From assembly GCA_947581805.1 (NCBI GenBank), contig CANPVM010000001.1, positions 172,042 through 204,041 of the forward strand: a stretch of 32,000 nt of DNA, given 5' to 3'. The position numbers were made by a program, and so were the translations under genes. The notes beneath the pieces are model-generated. The model saw nothing but the letters and a program-made list of their open reading frames with translations, was not told the origin of the DNA and searched no databases. Positions 8,985-16,445 of the stretch are shown here, piece by piece. Each line of letters opens with the position of its first letter. The first letter of the stretch is position 1. Source of the stretch: an uncultured Clostridia bacterium (GTDB taxonomy: Bacteria > Bacillota > Clostridia > TANB77 > CAG-508).

Positions 8985-9297
8985 TGGAGCCACTTGCCCG
9001 AATCGAACGGGCGACCTACTGATTCATACTACTATAATTTTCATTACCACAAATGTGTTTGTAGTCTGGACTTTCTCTTTACCATAGCTTTTCGCTTTAG
9101 GTACACCGTATAAAGTCTCTACACTCAGGAATTTCTTCCTTAGCTCGGGATTAACTTATATTGAAATACTTAGTCTTCCCCGAATTAGCGGTGTCCACTT
9201 TATTCGTTTCCAAATAAAGGTGCAAAATAGTTCAAAATAGAAATTTCTTTCTATCTATTCCACAAGTCAGTTGCTCTACCATCTGAGCTAAAGTGGC
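8985..9297 (-). tRNA. tRNA-Thr (anticodon UGU) interrupted by a 237-nt intron between anticodon position 36 and position 37
   Basis: Joining 9297-9262 to 9024-8985 gives a 76-nt cloverleaf, GCCACTTTAGCTCAGATGGTAGAGCAACTGACTTGT|AATCAGTAGGTCGCCCGTTCGATTCGGGCAAGTGGCTCCA. Its anticodon arm and flanks match Bacillus-type tRNA-Thr(UGU) as I remember it. Confidence 0.85.
9025..9261 (-). ncRNA. Group I (IC3-like) self-splicing intron in the tRNA-Thr anticodon loop
   Basis: The 5' exon ends in U, which pairs as a U-G wobble with intron GCA in P1. The intron ends in G. Elements seen: P2 CUUUAUU-UGGAAACG-AAUAAAG, P3 ACACCG/CGGUGU, P4 UUCGGG/CCCGAG, and P8 AGGAA-GAAA-UUCCU. Strings AAUUCGGGGAAGACUAAG, GUGUAGAGACU and GCUAUGGUAAAGAGAAAGUCCA closely resemble the Azoarcus tRNA-Ile and Anabaena tRNA-Leu introns as I remember them. 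Confidence 0.8.
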
Positions 9298-9306
9298 ATA
9301 TAAGGT

Positions 9307-9381
9307 TGGTGACCCCTACGGGAATCGAACCCATGTCTCCGCCGTGAAAGGGCGATGTCTTAACCGCTTGACCAAGGGGCC
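9307..9381 (-). tRNA. tRNA-Glu (anticodon UUC), CCA encoded
   Basis: The reverse complement is GGCCCCTTGGTCAAGCGGTTAAGACATCGCCCTTTCACGGCGGAGACATGGGTTCGATTCCCGTAGGGGTCACCA, with anticodon loop CT-TTC-AC. Confidence 0.9.
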
Positions 9382-9429
9382 TTATATATAATTTTGCCAA
9401 GGATTTAAGTTTCCTTAAACCCTTGGTAT

Positions 9430-9505
9430 TGGTGAGCCATCGCGGATTCGAACCGCGGACAACTTGATTAAAAGTCAAGTGCTCTACCACCTGAGCTAAT
9501 GACCC
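9430..9505 (-). tRNA. tRNA-Lys (anticodon UUU), CCA encoded
   Basis: The reverse complement is GGGTCATTAGCTCAGGTGGTAGAGCACTTGACTTTTAATCAAGTTGTCCGCGGTTCGAATCCGCGATGGCTCACCA, with anticodon loop CT-TTT-AA. Confidence 0.9.
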
Positions 9506-9537
9506 AAGTAAAGTCGCATAAATGCGACTGCTTATTT

Positions 9538-9566
9538 AGTTTACTATATTTTTATAGATTTGTCAA
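9538..9566 (-). promoter_or_regulatory. Promoter of the tRNA Lys-Glu-Thr operon
   Basis: On the minus strand: TTGACA, 17 nt, TAAACT. A 7-bp hairpin (9512-9529) lies in the short leader before tRNA-Lys. Confidence 0.55.
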
Positions 9567-9650
9567 TCAATTTTTGAAAATTTTGTTATATTTTTGTAAT
9601 TTTTTTGTTTCTTCTTATTAAAAATGTAGTTAAATCTTTTTTGTTTTGCC

Positions 9651-9836
9651 TTATTTATTTAATTTTTCTACTAATTCTTCTACATCGATTCCGTGTACAC
9701 TGCATGCTTCTTCTAGTGTTTCTTCTTGAGAAGCTGGGCAACCTAAACAATGCATTCCTGCTTGTAGTAAAATTTCTGCTTTTTCTGGTGCAACTTCTAA
9801 AATTTCACCTATTTTTGTATTTTTATTAAAGTTCAT
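9651..9836 (-). CDS. Small redox disulfide protein (hybrid-cluster-protein-associated / DUF1858-like)
   Basis: Motif GMHCLGCPAS. The start is trimmed to MNFNK, which is preceded by GGGAGG. Confidence 0.6.
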   Translation of the reverse strand: MNFNKNTKIGEILEVAPEKAEILLQAGMHCLGCPASQEETLEEACSVHGIDVEELVEKLNK

Positions 9837-9956
9837 TATATGACCTCCCATCTTTTATTTTTTGTATAACCTTTTTATGGTCCTTGCTTTTTATGTGTCA
9901 AATTTTGTTGTAATTTAAGAACCTTTGTCATTTTACCATATTTTTCAAAAAAAGTA

Positions 9957-9985
9957 TAGACATTTTATAAAAAATATTGTATTAT
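9957..9985 (+). promoter_or_regulatory. Candidate promoter for the T4CP-like operon
   Basis: TAGACA (9957-9962), 17 nt, TATTAT (9980-9985). Confidence 0.45.
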
Positions 9986-10005
9986 GTCACCTGTAAAGGA
10001 GTGTG

Positions 10006-10173
10006 ATGCTTATTGCAAACTTAGTAAATATTTTTTTCTTACTATTTATTATTCATTTTTTTCTTACTTTTTATTCCATTTACACTTTTTTCGAAGTGTA
10101 TGTTTTTCAAAATTTACAGGGTTTTAAATTAAATCGTAAACAAAAGGATTGGAAAACAAATGATTCACCTTAA
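10006..10173 (+). CDS. Candidate 55-aa single-pass membrane protein overlapping the start of the T4CP-like gene
   Basis: AAAGGAG lies 4 nt upstream of the ATG. The peptide is MLIANLVNIFFLLFIIHFFLTFYSIYTLFEVYVFQNLQGFKLNRKQKDWKTNDSP. Its stop overlaps the downstream ATG by 14 nt. It falls below the ORF-track length cutoff. Confidence 0.4.
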   Translation: MLIANLVNIFFLLFIIHFFLTFYSIYTFFEVYVFQNLQGFKLNRKQKDWKTNDSP

Positions 10174-11875
10174 ACGTATTTTATTTTCTCTTTTTGTAAC
10201 CTTTCTATTCTTTTCTATCTATTGGCTTAATTTCAAACCTATTTATATAGCAGAAACAATTATCTTTCCTTATGCTATCAATCCTTTTAATATTTGTGAA
10301 GAACAACCTTTTTTATGGAATATTATTAAATTTCTTTCCATTACTTTTTGTCTTTTTTCTGAATTTATTATATCTTTTTGGTTTTCTCAAAAGATTTTTC
10401 TGAAAAAAGTAAAAGAAAAAAAAATAGAAGAAAATTTTATTTCTCCTAATACTCTTTCTTTATTAATTGGATTGAATAATGAACATCATTTCATTACTAT
10501 TCCAGAAAAAAGTTTGTATCAAAATATTTTAATTACTGGAACGATTGGAACAGGAAAAACTTCTTCTGCTATGTATCCTTTTACAAAACAATTAATGGAA
10601 TATAAAAGTAATATTACAGAAGAAAAACTAGGCATGCTTATTTTAGATGTAAAAGGAAATTATTATTTACAAGTAAAACAATATGCCCAAAGCTACGAAA
10701 GATACGAAGATTTAATTATTCTAGATTTAAGTGGTAATATTAAATACAATCCTCTACATAAGCCTAATTTAAAAGCTTCTATTTTAGCACATCGCTTAAA
10801 AACAATTTTATTATTATTCTCTCCGAATAATAGTGAATCTTTTTGGCTTGATAAAGTCGAACAAATTTTAAGTGAATGTATTAAACTCTGCAGGTTATAT
10901 AATCATGGCTATGTTACTTTTGAAGAATTGCATAATTTAGTAGTAATTCCTCATTATTATGAAGAAAAAATTCAAACTTTAAGAAACTTATTTTTACAAA
11001 ACTACTTTTCTCAAGAGGACACTTATCATTTACTTTCTGCTCTGAATTTTTTTGAAAAAGAATATTCTATTTTAGATGAAAGAACAAAATCTATTTTAAA
11101 ATCAGAAGTAACTCGCATTACTAATTTATTTCTTTCTGATTATCAGGTAAAAAAAGTATTTTGTCCTACAGAAAATGAAATCAATTTCTTTGGTTTTAAA
11201 GATGTATTAGAAAAAGGCAAAATTGTGGTTCTTAATTTAAATATTGCAGAATATAAAAATTTAGCAAAAATGATAGCAGCGTATTTAAAATTAGATTTTC
11301 AAACAGAAGTGTTAAATCGTTTAGCTAACACTTGCAATTTAGAAGATAAAAGAAGTGTTTGTTTTATTAGTGATGAATATCATGAATATGTTACTTTGTC
11401 TGATGCATCTTTTTTTAGTCAAAGTAGAGAAGCAAAATGTATTAATATTGTTGCGACACAAAGTTATACTTCTTTATTAAATACTTTAAGCAATCAATCT
11501 TCTGTTAAAGTTATTGTTCAAAATTTAGTGAATAAACTTTGGTTTCGCAGTGACGATATTTTTACTATTGAAGATGCCCAAAAGCAAATTGGAAAAGAAG
11601 AGAAAGAAAAATTTTCAAAAACAATTTCTGAAAATGCAAAAGAAACAAATTTTAATTATTTGTATCATAAATTTCATTCTAAAAATTCAAATCTTTCTGA
11701 ATCATTTAATACGTATTTTCAAACAGATTATATTTTTGATATCAACTTTTTTACCCAACAGTTAGAAACATTTTCTTGCCTGTCTTTCTTATCTGATGGC
11801 AATAGGATATTACCACCTCAAAAAATTAATTTAATCCCTTATTTTAAAAATGTTAATTTTTATCATAATAAATAA
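10160..11875 (+). CDS. Type IV coupling protein-like P-loop NTPase (VirD4/TraG/TraD-like)
   Basis: Two N-terminal TM helices. Walker A GTIGTGKTS, LDVKGNYY (compare DPKGE), Walker B FISDEYHEY, and ATQSYTSL (compare QSxxQL). Confidence 0.6.
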   Translation: MIHLKRILFSLFVTFLFFSIYWLNFKPIYIAETIIFPYAINPFNICEEQPFLWNIIKFLSITFCLFSEFIISFWFSQKIFLKKVKEKKIEENFISPNTLSLLIGLNNEHHFITIPEKSLYQNILITGTIGTGKTSSAMYPFTKQLMEYKSNITEEKLGMLILDVKGNYYLQVKQYAQSYERYEDLIILDLSGNIKYNPLHKPNLKASILAHRLKTILLLFSPNNSESFWLDKVEQILSECIKLCRLYNHGYVTFEELHNLVVIPHYYEEKIQTLRNLFLQNYFSQEDTYHLLSALNFFEKEYSILDERTKSILKSEVTRITNLFLSDYQVKKVFCPTENEINFFGFKDVLEKGKIVVLNLNIAEYKNLAKMIAAYLKLDFQTEVLNRLANTCNLEDKRSVCFISDEYHEYVTLSDASFFSQSREAKCINIVATQSYTSLLNTLSNQSSVKVIVQNLVNKLWFRSDDIFTIEDAQKQIGKEEKEKFSKTISENAKETNFNYLYHKFHSKNSNLSESFNTYFQTDYIFDINFFTQQLETFSCLSFLSDGNRILPPQKINLIPYFKNVNFYHNK

Positions 11876-11958
11876 ATTTTATTTATTATAATTTTAATTA
11901 AATTTATTATTTAATTTTCTTTTATTTATTTTATTATCTTTTTTAGGAGGTCTTGACT

Positions 11959-12285
11959 ATGAAGAAAAAATATTTTATTTTTTTATTATTTACGGTTAAT
12001 TTTATTTTTGTTTTTTCTAATTCTTGTTTTGCTGCTTGGGGAGAACCAGAGCTTGTCACAAAACTAAATAAAGCTTTTGAATCAATTCAAGAATGGCTTG
12101 TAAAACTTGCTACTCCTGCTGCTGCGGTTGCTGTTGCTACTGGTGCTTTTATGAGAAAATTTAGTTTTGGAGACGAAGAAAAAATTAGAATAGGAAAAAA
12201 ATTAATTAATGGAAGTTTATTTTCTTATGGATTTATTTTAGCAATTAATTTAATTTTATCTGCTATTAAATCTTTAATTGGATAA
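11959..12285 (+). CDS. VirB2/TrbC-like pilin candidate
   Basis: AGGAGG RBS. Signal peptide ending CFA-AW. Two hydrophobic helices (LATPAAAVAVATGAF and SLFSYGFILAINLILSAI) are separated by a charged loop, the VirB2 topology. Confidence 0.5.
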   Translation: MKKKYFIFLLFTVNFIFVFSNSCFAAWGEPELVTKLNKAFESIQEWLVKLATPAAAVAVATGAFMRKFSFGDEEKIRIGKKLINGSLFSYGFILAINLILSAIKSLIG

Positions 12286-12811
12286 ATTGATTTTTATAAT
12301 TTTTACATTTATTTTCAATTTTATTTTTATTTTTTAATTTTTATTTTATTTTTATTTTTTATTTTAATTTCATTTTTTAATTTAATTTTATTTTTAATTT
12401 TTATTTTTAATTTTTATTTTATTTTTAATTTTGTTTTTTATTTTTATTTTTAATTTTTTATTTAATTTTTTATTTTTAAATTTTTATTTTGTATTTTAGT
12501 TTTTATATTAATCTTTTTTTGTAATATTTTTTTATGTTTTTAGTATATATTTTAAATTTTATGTTTTCCTATTTTTTTACATTGATACATAAAAAAATTT
12601 ATACTCTGTTATGTTATATTTTATAAAAACAATTTTTCTTTTCATATTTGCCTTTTTGACTATTTTTGTGCTTTCTTATTTTTTTAACACTTTACTTTAG
12701 ACCTTTATTAATTGCTTTTGAGAATTTTATGTATACTTTTATGTATGTTTTTGCAACGTATGTCTTTCCCTTTAATCCGTTAGGTTTTGTATCATAGAAA
12801 GGAGCTTTTTT
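12286..12811 (+). repeat. 526-bp T-rich low-complexity spacer, with about 200 nt almost free of G/C
   Basis: Runs of T4-6 separated by A or AA (for example TTTATTTTTAATTTTTATTTTTAATTTTTATTTT) across 12300-12500. No ORF is present. Confidence 0.7.
12761..12787 (+). other. Conserved motif, copy A (TGTCTTTCCCTTTAATCCGTTAGGTTT)
   Basis: Near-identical to 21644-21671, differing by a single T indel. It lies 13 nt upstream of the RBS of the VirB6-like gene. Confidence 0.7.
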
Positions 12812-13702
12812 TTGGAAATTTATCAATCTAATATTACTCAAACTATTATAGATACTATTAACTCTATTTTTAATAATCTATTTTCTTCTATTGATAATAA
12901 TCTATATTCTATTTTAGATAGATTATTGTTTGTAAATGAAAATATGTTAACTGAATCTTTCTTAGAAAATCTATTAGGAAATTCTTTTTCAAAAAGTTTA
13001 TTAGTAATTGCAAATTCATTATTATTTGGTTTTTCACTTTATTATTGTTTTAAATTATTATTTTCTCATTTTTCATATATAGAAATTGAAAAACCATATC
13101 AATTTATTTTTAAATTATTAATTTTTGGAATTTGTATTAATAGTTCTTATTTTATTTGTGAAAAAATATTATCAATAAATTATTTAATTTCATCTTCTAT
13201 TTGTGAAATTGGAAAAAATATTTTTCATATGGATATTTCTTTTTCTAATTTATTATTAGAATTAAATTCAATTATTAGTATAGAAGAATCTTCTTTTAAT
13301 ATTTTTTCAGTAGATGGATTAATAAAAAGTTTTATTTCTTTAGAATTATTTAATTTAATTTTTTCTTATTCTATTCGTTATATTTTATTAAAAGTATTTA
13401 TTTTAATTACTCCCTTTGCTTTTTTAACTTTAATTAATCGCTCTACTTCTTGGTTTTTTAAAACCTGGTTGCGTACATTACTTGGTCTTTTATTATTACA
13501 ATCCTTTGTTAGCATTATTTTGCTTGTTGTTTTTTCTTTAGAATTTAATAGTGCAGATTTATTTTCAAAATTTCTATATATTGGAGGTATTTATGCATTA
13601 TCAAAAGCAAACTCTTATGTTAGAGAATTAATTGGTGGAATTTCAACTGATGTTTCTAATAATTTTAGTAGTTTTACAAATAAAATGAAATTATTAAATT
13701 AA
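12812..13702 (+). CDS. Polytopic membrane protein, VirB6/TrbL-like candidate
   Basis: TTG start 7 nt after GGAG. 296 aa with at least 5 predicted TM helices. Its position between the pilin-like and VirB3-like genes supports the call. Confidence 0.5.
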   Translation: MEIYQSNITQTIIDTINSIFNNLFSSIDNNLYSILDRLLFVNENMLTESFLENLLGNSFSKSLLVIANSLLFGFSLYYCFKLLFSHFSYIEIEKPYQFIFKLLIFGICINSSYFICEKILSINYLISSSICEIGKNIFHMDISFSNLLLELNSIISIEESSFNIFSVDGLIKSFISLELFNLIFSYSIRYILLKVFILITPFAFLTLINRSTSWFFKTWLRTLLGLLLLQSFVSIILLVVFSLEFNSADLFSKFLYIGGIYALSKANSYVRELIGGISTDVSNNFSSFTNKMKLLN

Positions 13703-13739
13703 GTTTTTACTTTTTAATTGTTTTTTATTATTTATTTTA

Positions 13740-13824
13740 ATTATTTTATTTTGATTATTTTATTTGAATTATTTTATTTGGATTATTTTATTTTGACTAT
13801 TTTATTTTGACTACTTTATTTTTG
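13740..13824 (+). repeat. Six tandem 13-15-nt repeats, consensus A(T/C)TATTTTATTT(T)G
   Basis: Units at 13740-53, 13754-66, 13767-80, 13781-95, 13796-809 and 13810-24. Confidence 0.75.
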
Positions 13825-13927
13825 TATTTATTGTTAATTATTTTATATTGATTTTTGTTTTATATTTTATTTTCATTTTTTATTATTATATATATTTTAA
13901 AATAAGGTAAGAAAGGGATGAATTTTT

Positions 13928-14212
13928 ATGAAATTTATTTTTCCTCAAAATTATCGTTTTCAGACAAAACTTTTTGGTTTAATCGATTATTCAGCTGCTA
14001 TTTTAAATTTTGTGTGGTGGTTTATCATTTTTATTATTACGAAATTATTAATGTTAGATTTATTTACTAAAATTATTGTTTTTATTATTACTTGCTTTCC
14101 TGTTTTACTTATTTCTTTATTTGGCTTTCAGCAAGAAAATATTTTATATGTTTTTCGTTATTTATTTTCTTTTTGGAAAAGTCACAAAATTTATTTATAC
14201 AAAAAAGAATAA
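13928..14212 (+). CDS. Small two-TM membrane protein, VirB3/PrgI/TcpE-like candidate
   Basis: 94 aa with a hydrophobic hairpin (AAILNFVWWFIIFII and IIVFIITCFPVLLISLFGF). Size and topology fit VirB3-type proteins. Confidence 0.45.
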   Translation: MKFIFPQNYRFQTKLFGLIDYSAAILNFVWWFIIFIITKLLMLDLFTKIIVFIITCFPVLLISLFGFQQENILYVFRYLFSFWKSHKIYLYKKE

Positions 14213-14314
14213 TAAAAATTAAATAATTCTTATAATTATTATTGTATATTTTGACTTACAATATTTTTACTATTAAATAGCAACATAATTCCAATAATTT
14301 CCGCAAAATTCAAC

Positions 14315-14343
14315 TTGTATTTTTATTTTTTGCGTGATATAAT
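14315..14343 (+). promoter_or_regulatory. Promoter of the dnaD/dnaI-like operon
   Basis: TTGTAT, 17 nt, TATAAT. Confidence 0.55.
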
Positions 14344-14374
14344 TTGAGCAACCAATTTAGAAAGGAGAACTATT

Positions 14375-15343
14375 ATGAAATTAGAACAAAATGATACACC
14401 TATGCTATTTTCTAATACTGAATTACCAGATATCTTTTTTACTGAATATTTATCACAAACTAATGGCGATTATATTAAAGTATATTTATATATGATTTTC
14501 CTATCTAAATATGGAAAAGATATTAAAATTAATGATTTATCAAAAAAATTAGAGTTAGACTTTAAAGTCATTCAAGATGCTGTTAAATATTGGGAAGAAC
14601 TTGGAGTTATTACTAAAAAAAATATGGGATATGTAATTAATAATCTTCAAGAAATTGAACTTCACAAATTATACAAGCCAAAAGTTTCTTTGTCTGCCGA
14701 AACTTTAAAACAAACTGCTCAAAATCAATATCGTGCAAAAGCAATTGAAAACATTAACAATGAATTTTTTCAAGGTATCATGTCTCCTTCTTGGTATAGT
14801 GATATTGATTTATGGTTTAAAAAATATGGCTTTGATGAACAAGTTATGATTGCTTTATTTCGCTATTGCTTTAATCGTTCTGCCCTACATAGAAACTATA
14901 TTCAAGCGGTAGCAGATGCATGGCATAAAAATCATATTCAAACTTTTGACGATTTAGACCGCTATTATGAAAAACAAGAAAAATTAAATACTCTATATAA
15001 GGCAATTTGTAAAAAACTTGGTTATACAAGGCAACTTACACAATATGAACAAGCTTATGTAGAAAAATGGTCTATTGATTATAGTTTTCCTTTTGACATT
15101 ATTGAAATTGCATTAAAGAAAACTACTTCAAAAACAAATCCTAATTTTGACTATTTAGATAAACTACTAACAGATTGGCATGATAGAGGATTTAAAACAT
15201 CAGCTGAAATACAAACTTTCTTATTACAATTAAAGCAAAAGAAAAAAGATATTAAAGAATTAGAGAAAAAGACAGGCTACCAAAATTATGAACAAAGAAA
15301 ATATGATAATTTAGATAGCCTATATGCAAATTTTAATTTATAA
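14375..15343 (+). CDS. DnaD-domain replication initiation protein (DnaB/DnaD-like, two DnaD C-terminal-type repeats)
   Basis: Repeats WFKKYGFDEQVMIALFRYCF...YIQAVADAWHKNHIQT and WSIDYSFPFDIIEIALKK...YLDKLLTDWHDRGFKT. RBS is AAAGGAGAA. Confidence 0.75.
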   Translation: MKLEQNDTPMLFSNTELPDIFFTEYLSQTNGDYIKVYLYMIFLSKYGKDIKINDLSKKLELDFKVIQDAVKYWEELGVITKKNMGYVINNLQEIELHKLYKPKVSLSAETLKQTAQNQYRAKAIENINNEFFQGIMSPSWYSDIDLWFKKYGFDEQVMIALFRYCFNRSALHRNYIQAVADAWHKNHIQTFDDLDRYYEKQEKLNTLYKAICKKLGYTRQLTQYEQAYVEKWSIDYSFPFDIIEIALKKTTSKTNPNFDYLDKLLTDWHDRGFKTSAEIQTFLLQLKQKKKDIKELEKKTGYQNYEQRKYDNLDSLYANFNL

Positions 15344-15352
15344 GGAGCTTTC

Positions 15353-16354
15353 ATGAATTCTTCTAATTTAAAGACTTTGTTAACTGAATATGAAAAAAAG
15401 AGGCTTCAAGCTATTTATGAAGCCGAAGAAAGAAAAAACAATCTTTATAAAGTACATCCTCAATTACAAAAAATTGATGATGAAATTAGTAAAGAGGCTA
15501 TTTCCATTTCTAAGCAAATGATTTCTCATAAAGATGCTTCTTTATTGCAAGAGTTAAATCAAAAAATAAATGATTTAAAGAAACAAAAACAGAGCATTCT
15601 TTCTTCTATTGGGAAAGATGAAACTTACTTAAAGCCTCATTATGAATGTGAAGATTGTATGGATACAGGCTATATTACGAATTTACATGAAACTAGCATG
15701 TGTCATTGTTTGAAACAAAAATTATTTAATTTAGAATATAATCAATCAAATTTATCGAATTTAGAAACAGAGAATTTTGAACATTTTTCATTTGATTTAT
15801 ATTCCAATGAGGTAAATGAAGAAAAATATCATTCTAAAATTTCTCCTAGAAAAAATATGGAATTTATTTATAAACTTGCTCATATTTTTATAGAAGAATT
15901 CGAAGATGGTAGTAAAAAAAATCTTTTATTTACTGGTAATACCGGACTTGGTAAATCTTTTTTATCTAGTTGCATTGCAAATGAATTATTAAAAAAAGGA
16001 AAAACAGTTCTTTACCAAACCGCTCCTGTTATGTTAGATACCATTATGGATTATCGTTTTGGAAAAGAAAATTCTTCAAAAGATATTTATGATTCTTTAT
16101 TAAATGTAGATTTATTAATTATTGATGACTTGGGAACTGAATGTATCAATAATATGAAATTTTCTGAATTATTTAATATTATTAACACTCGTTTATTAAA
16201 TAGTAAAAAAGTAACAAAAACAATTATTTCAACTAATTTAAGTTTAGATAATTTATTTGCTACTTATGATGAAAGAATTGTATCTCGTTTAGTTGGGCAT
16301 TATCATATTTGTCATTTTTTTGGAGATGATATTCGTTTTTCAAAAAAAGGCTAA
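15353..16354 (+). CDS. Helicase loader ATPase (DnaC/DnaI family)
   Basis: Zinc-binding CEDC...CHC module, Walker A GNTGLGKSF and Walker B LLIIDDLG. It is adjacent to the DnaD-like gene. Confidence 0.8.
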   Translation: MNSSNLKTLLTEYEKKRLQAIYEAEERKNNLYKVHPQLQKIDDEISKEAISISKQMISHKDASLLQELNQKINDLKKQKQSILSSIGKDETYLKPHYECEDCMDTGYITNLHETSMCHCLKQKLFNLEYNQSNLSNLETENFEHFSFDLYSNEVNEEKYHSKISPRKNMEFIYKLAHIFIEEFEDGSKKNLLFTGNTGLGKSFLSSCIANELLKKGKTVLYQTAPVMLDTIMDYRFGKENSSKDIYDSLLNVDLLIIDDLGTECINNMKFSELFNIINTRLLNSKKVTKTIISTNLSLDNLFATYDERIVSRLVGHYHICHFFGDDIRFSKKG

Positions 16355-16406
16355 AAATTTTATTTATCATAAAAAATTTTTAAATATTGATTATTTTTTA
16401 TAATCT

Positions 16407-16436
16407 AAAAGAGAGTTCCAAATTGAACTCTCTTTT
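16407..16436. terminator. Bidirectional terminator between dnaI-like and gyrA
   Basis: AAAAGAGAGTTC-CAAATT-GAACTCTCTTTT. Confidence 0.7.
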
Positions 16437-16445
16437 GTTTTATCT

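Noticed and set aside
9251-9490. 79-aa minus-strand ORF from the ORF track
   Set aside because: It lies entirely over tRNA-Thr exon 1, tRNA-Glu and tRNA-Lys(UUU). It is an artefact of the GC-rich tRNA sequence being free of stops.
12286-13927. Possible CRISPR array in the repeat-rich gaps
   Set aside because: The units are 13-15 nt, directly abutting with no unique spacers, and are pure low-complexity T/A. No cas genes are present. This is not CRISPR architecture.
8985-14212. Reading the T4SS-like half 1 as an ICE integrated at the tRNA cluster
   Set aside because: The element-like genes lie on the 5' (promoter) side of the tRNAs, not at a tRNA 3' end. No integrase or recombinase is in the window, and I saw no repeat of a tRNA 3' segment. 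ICE boundaries cannot be supported.
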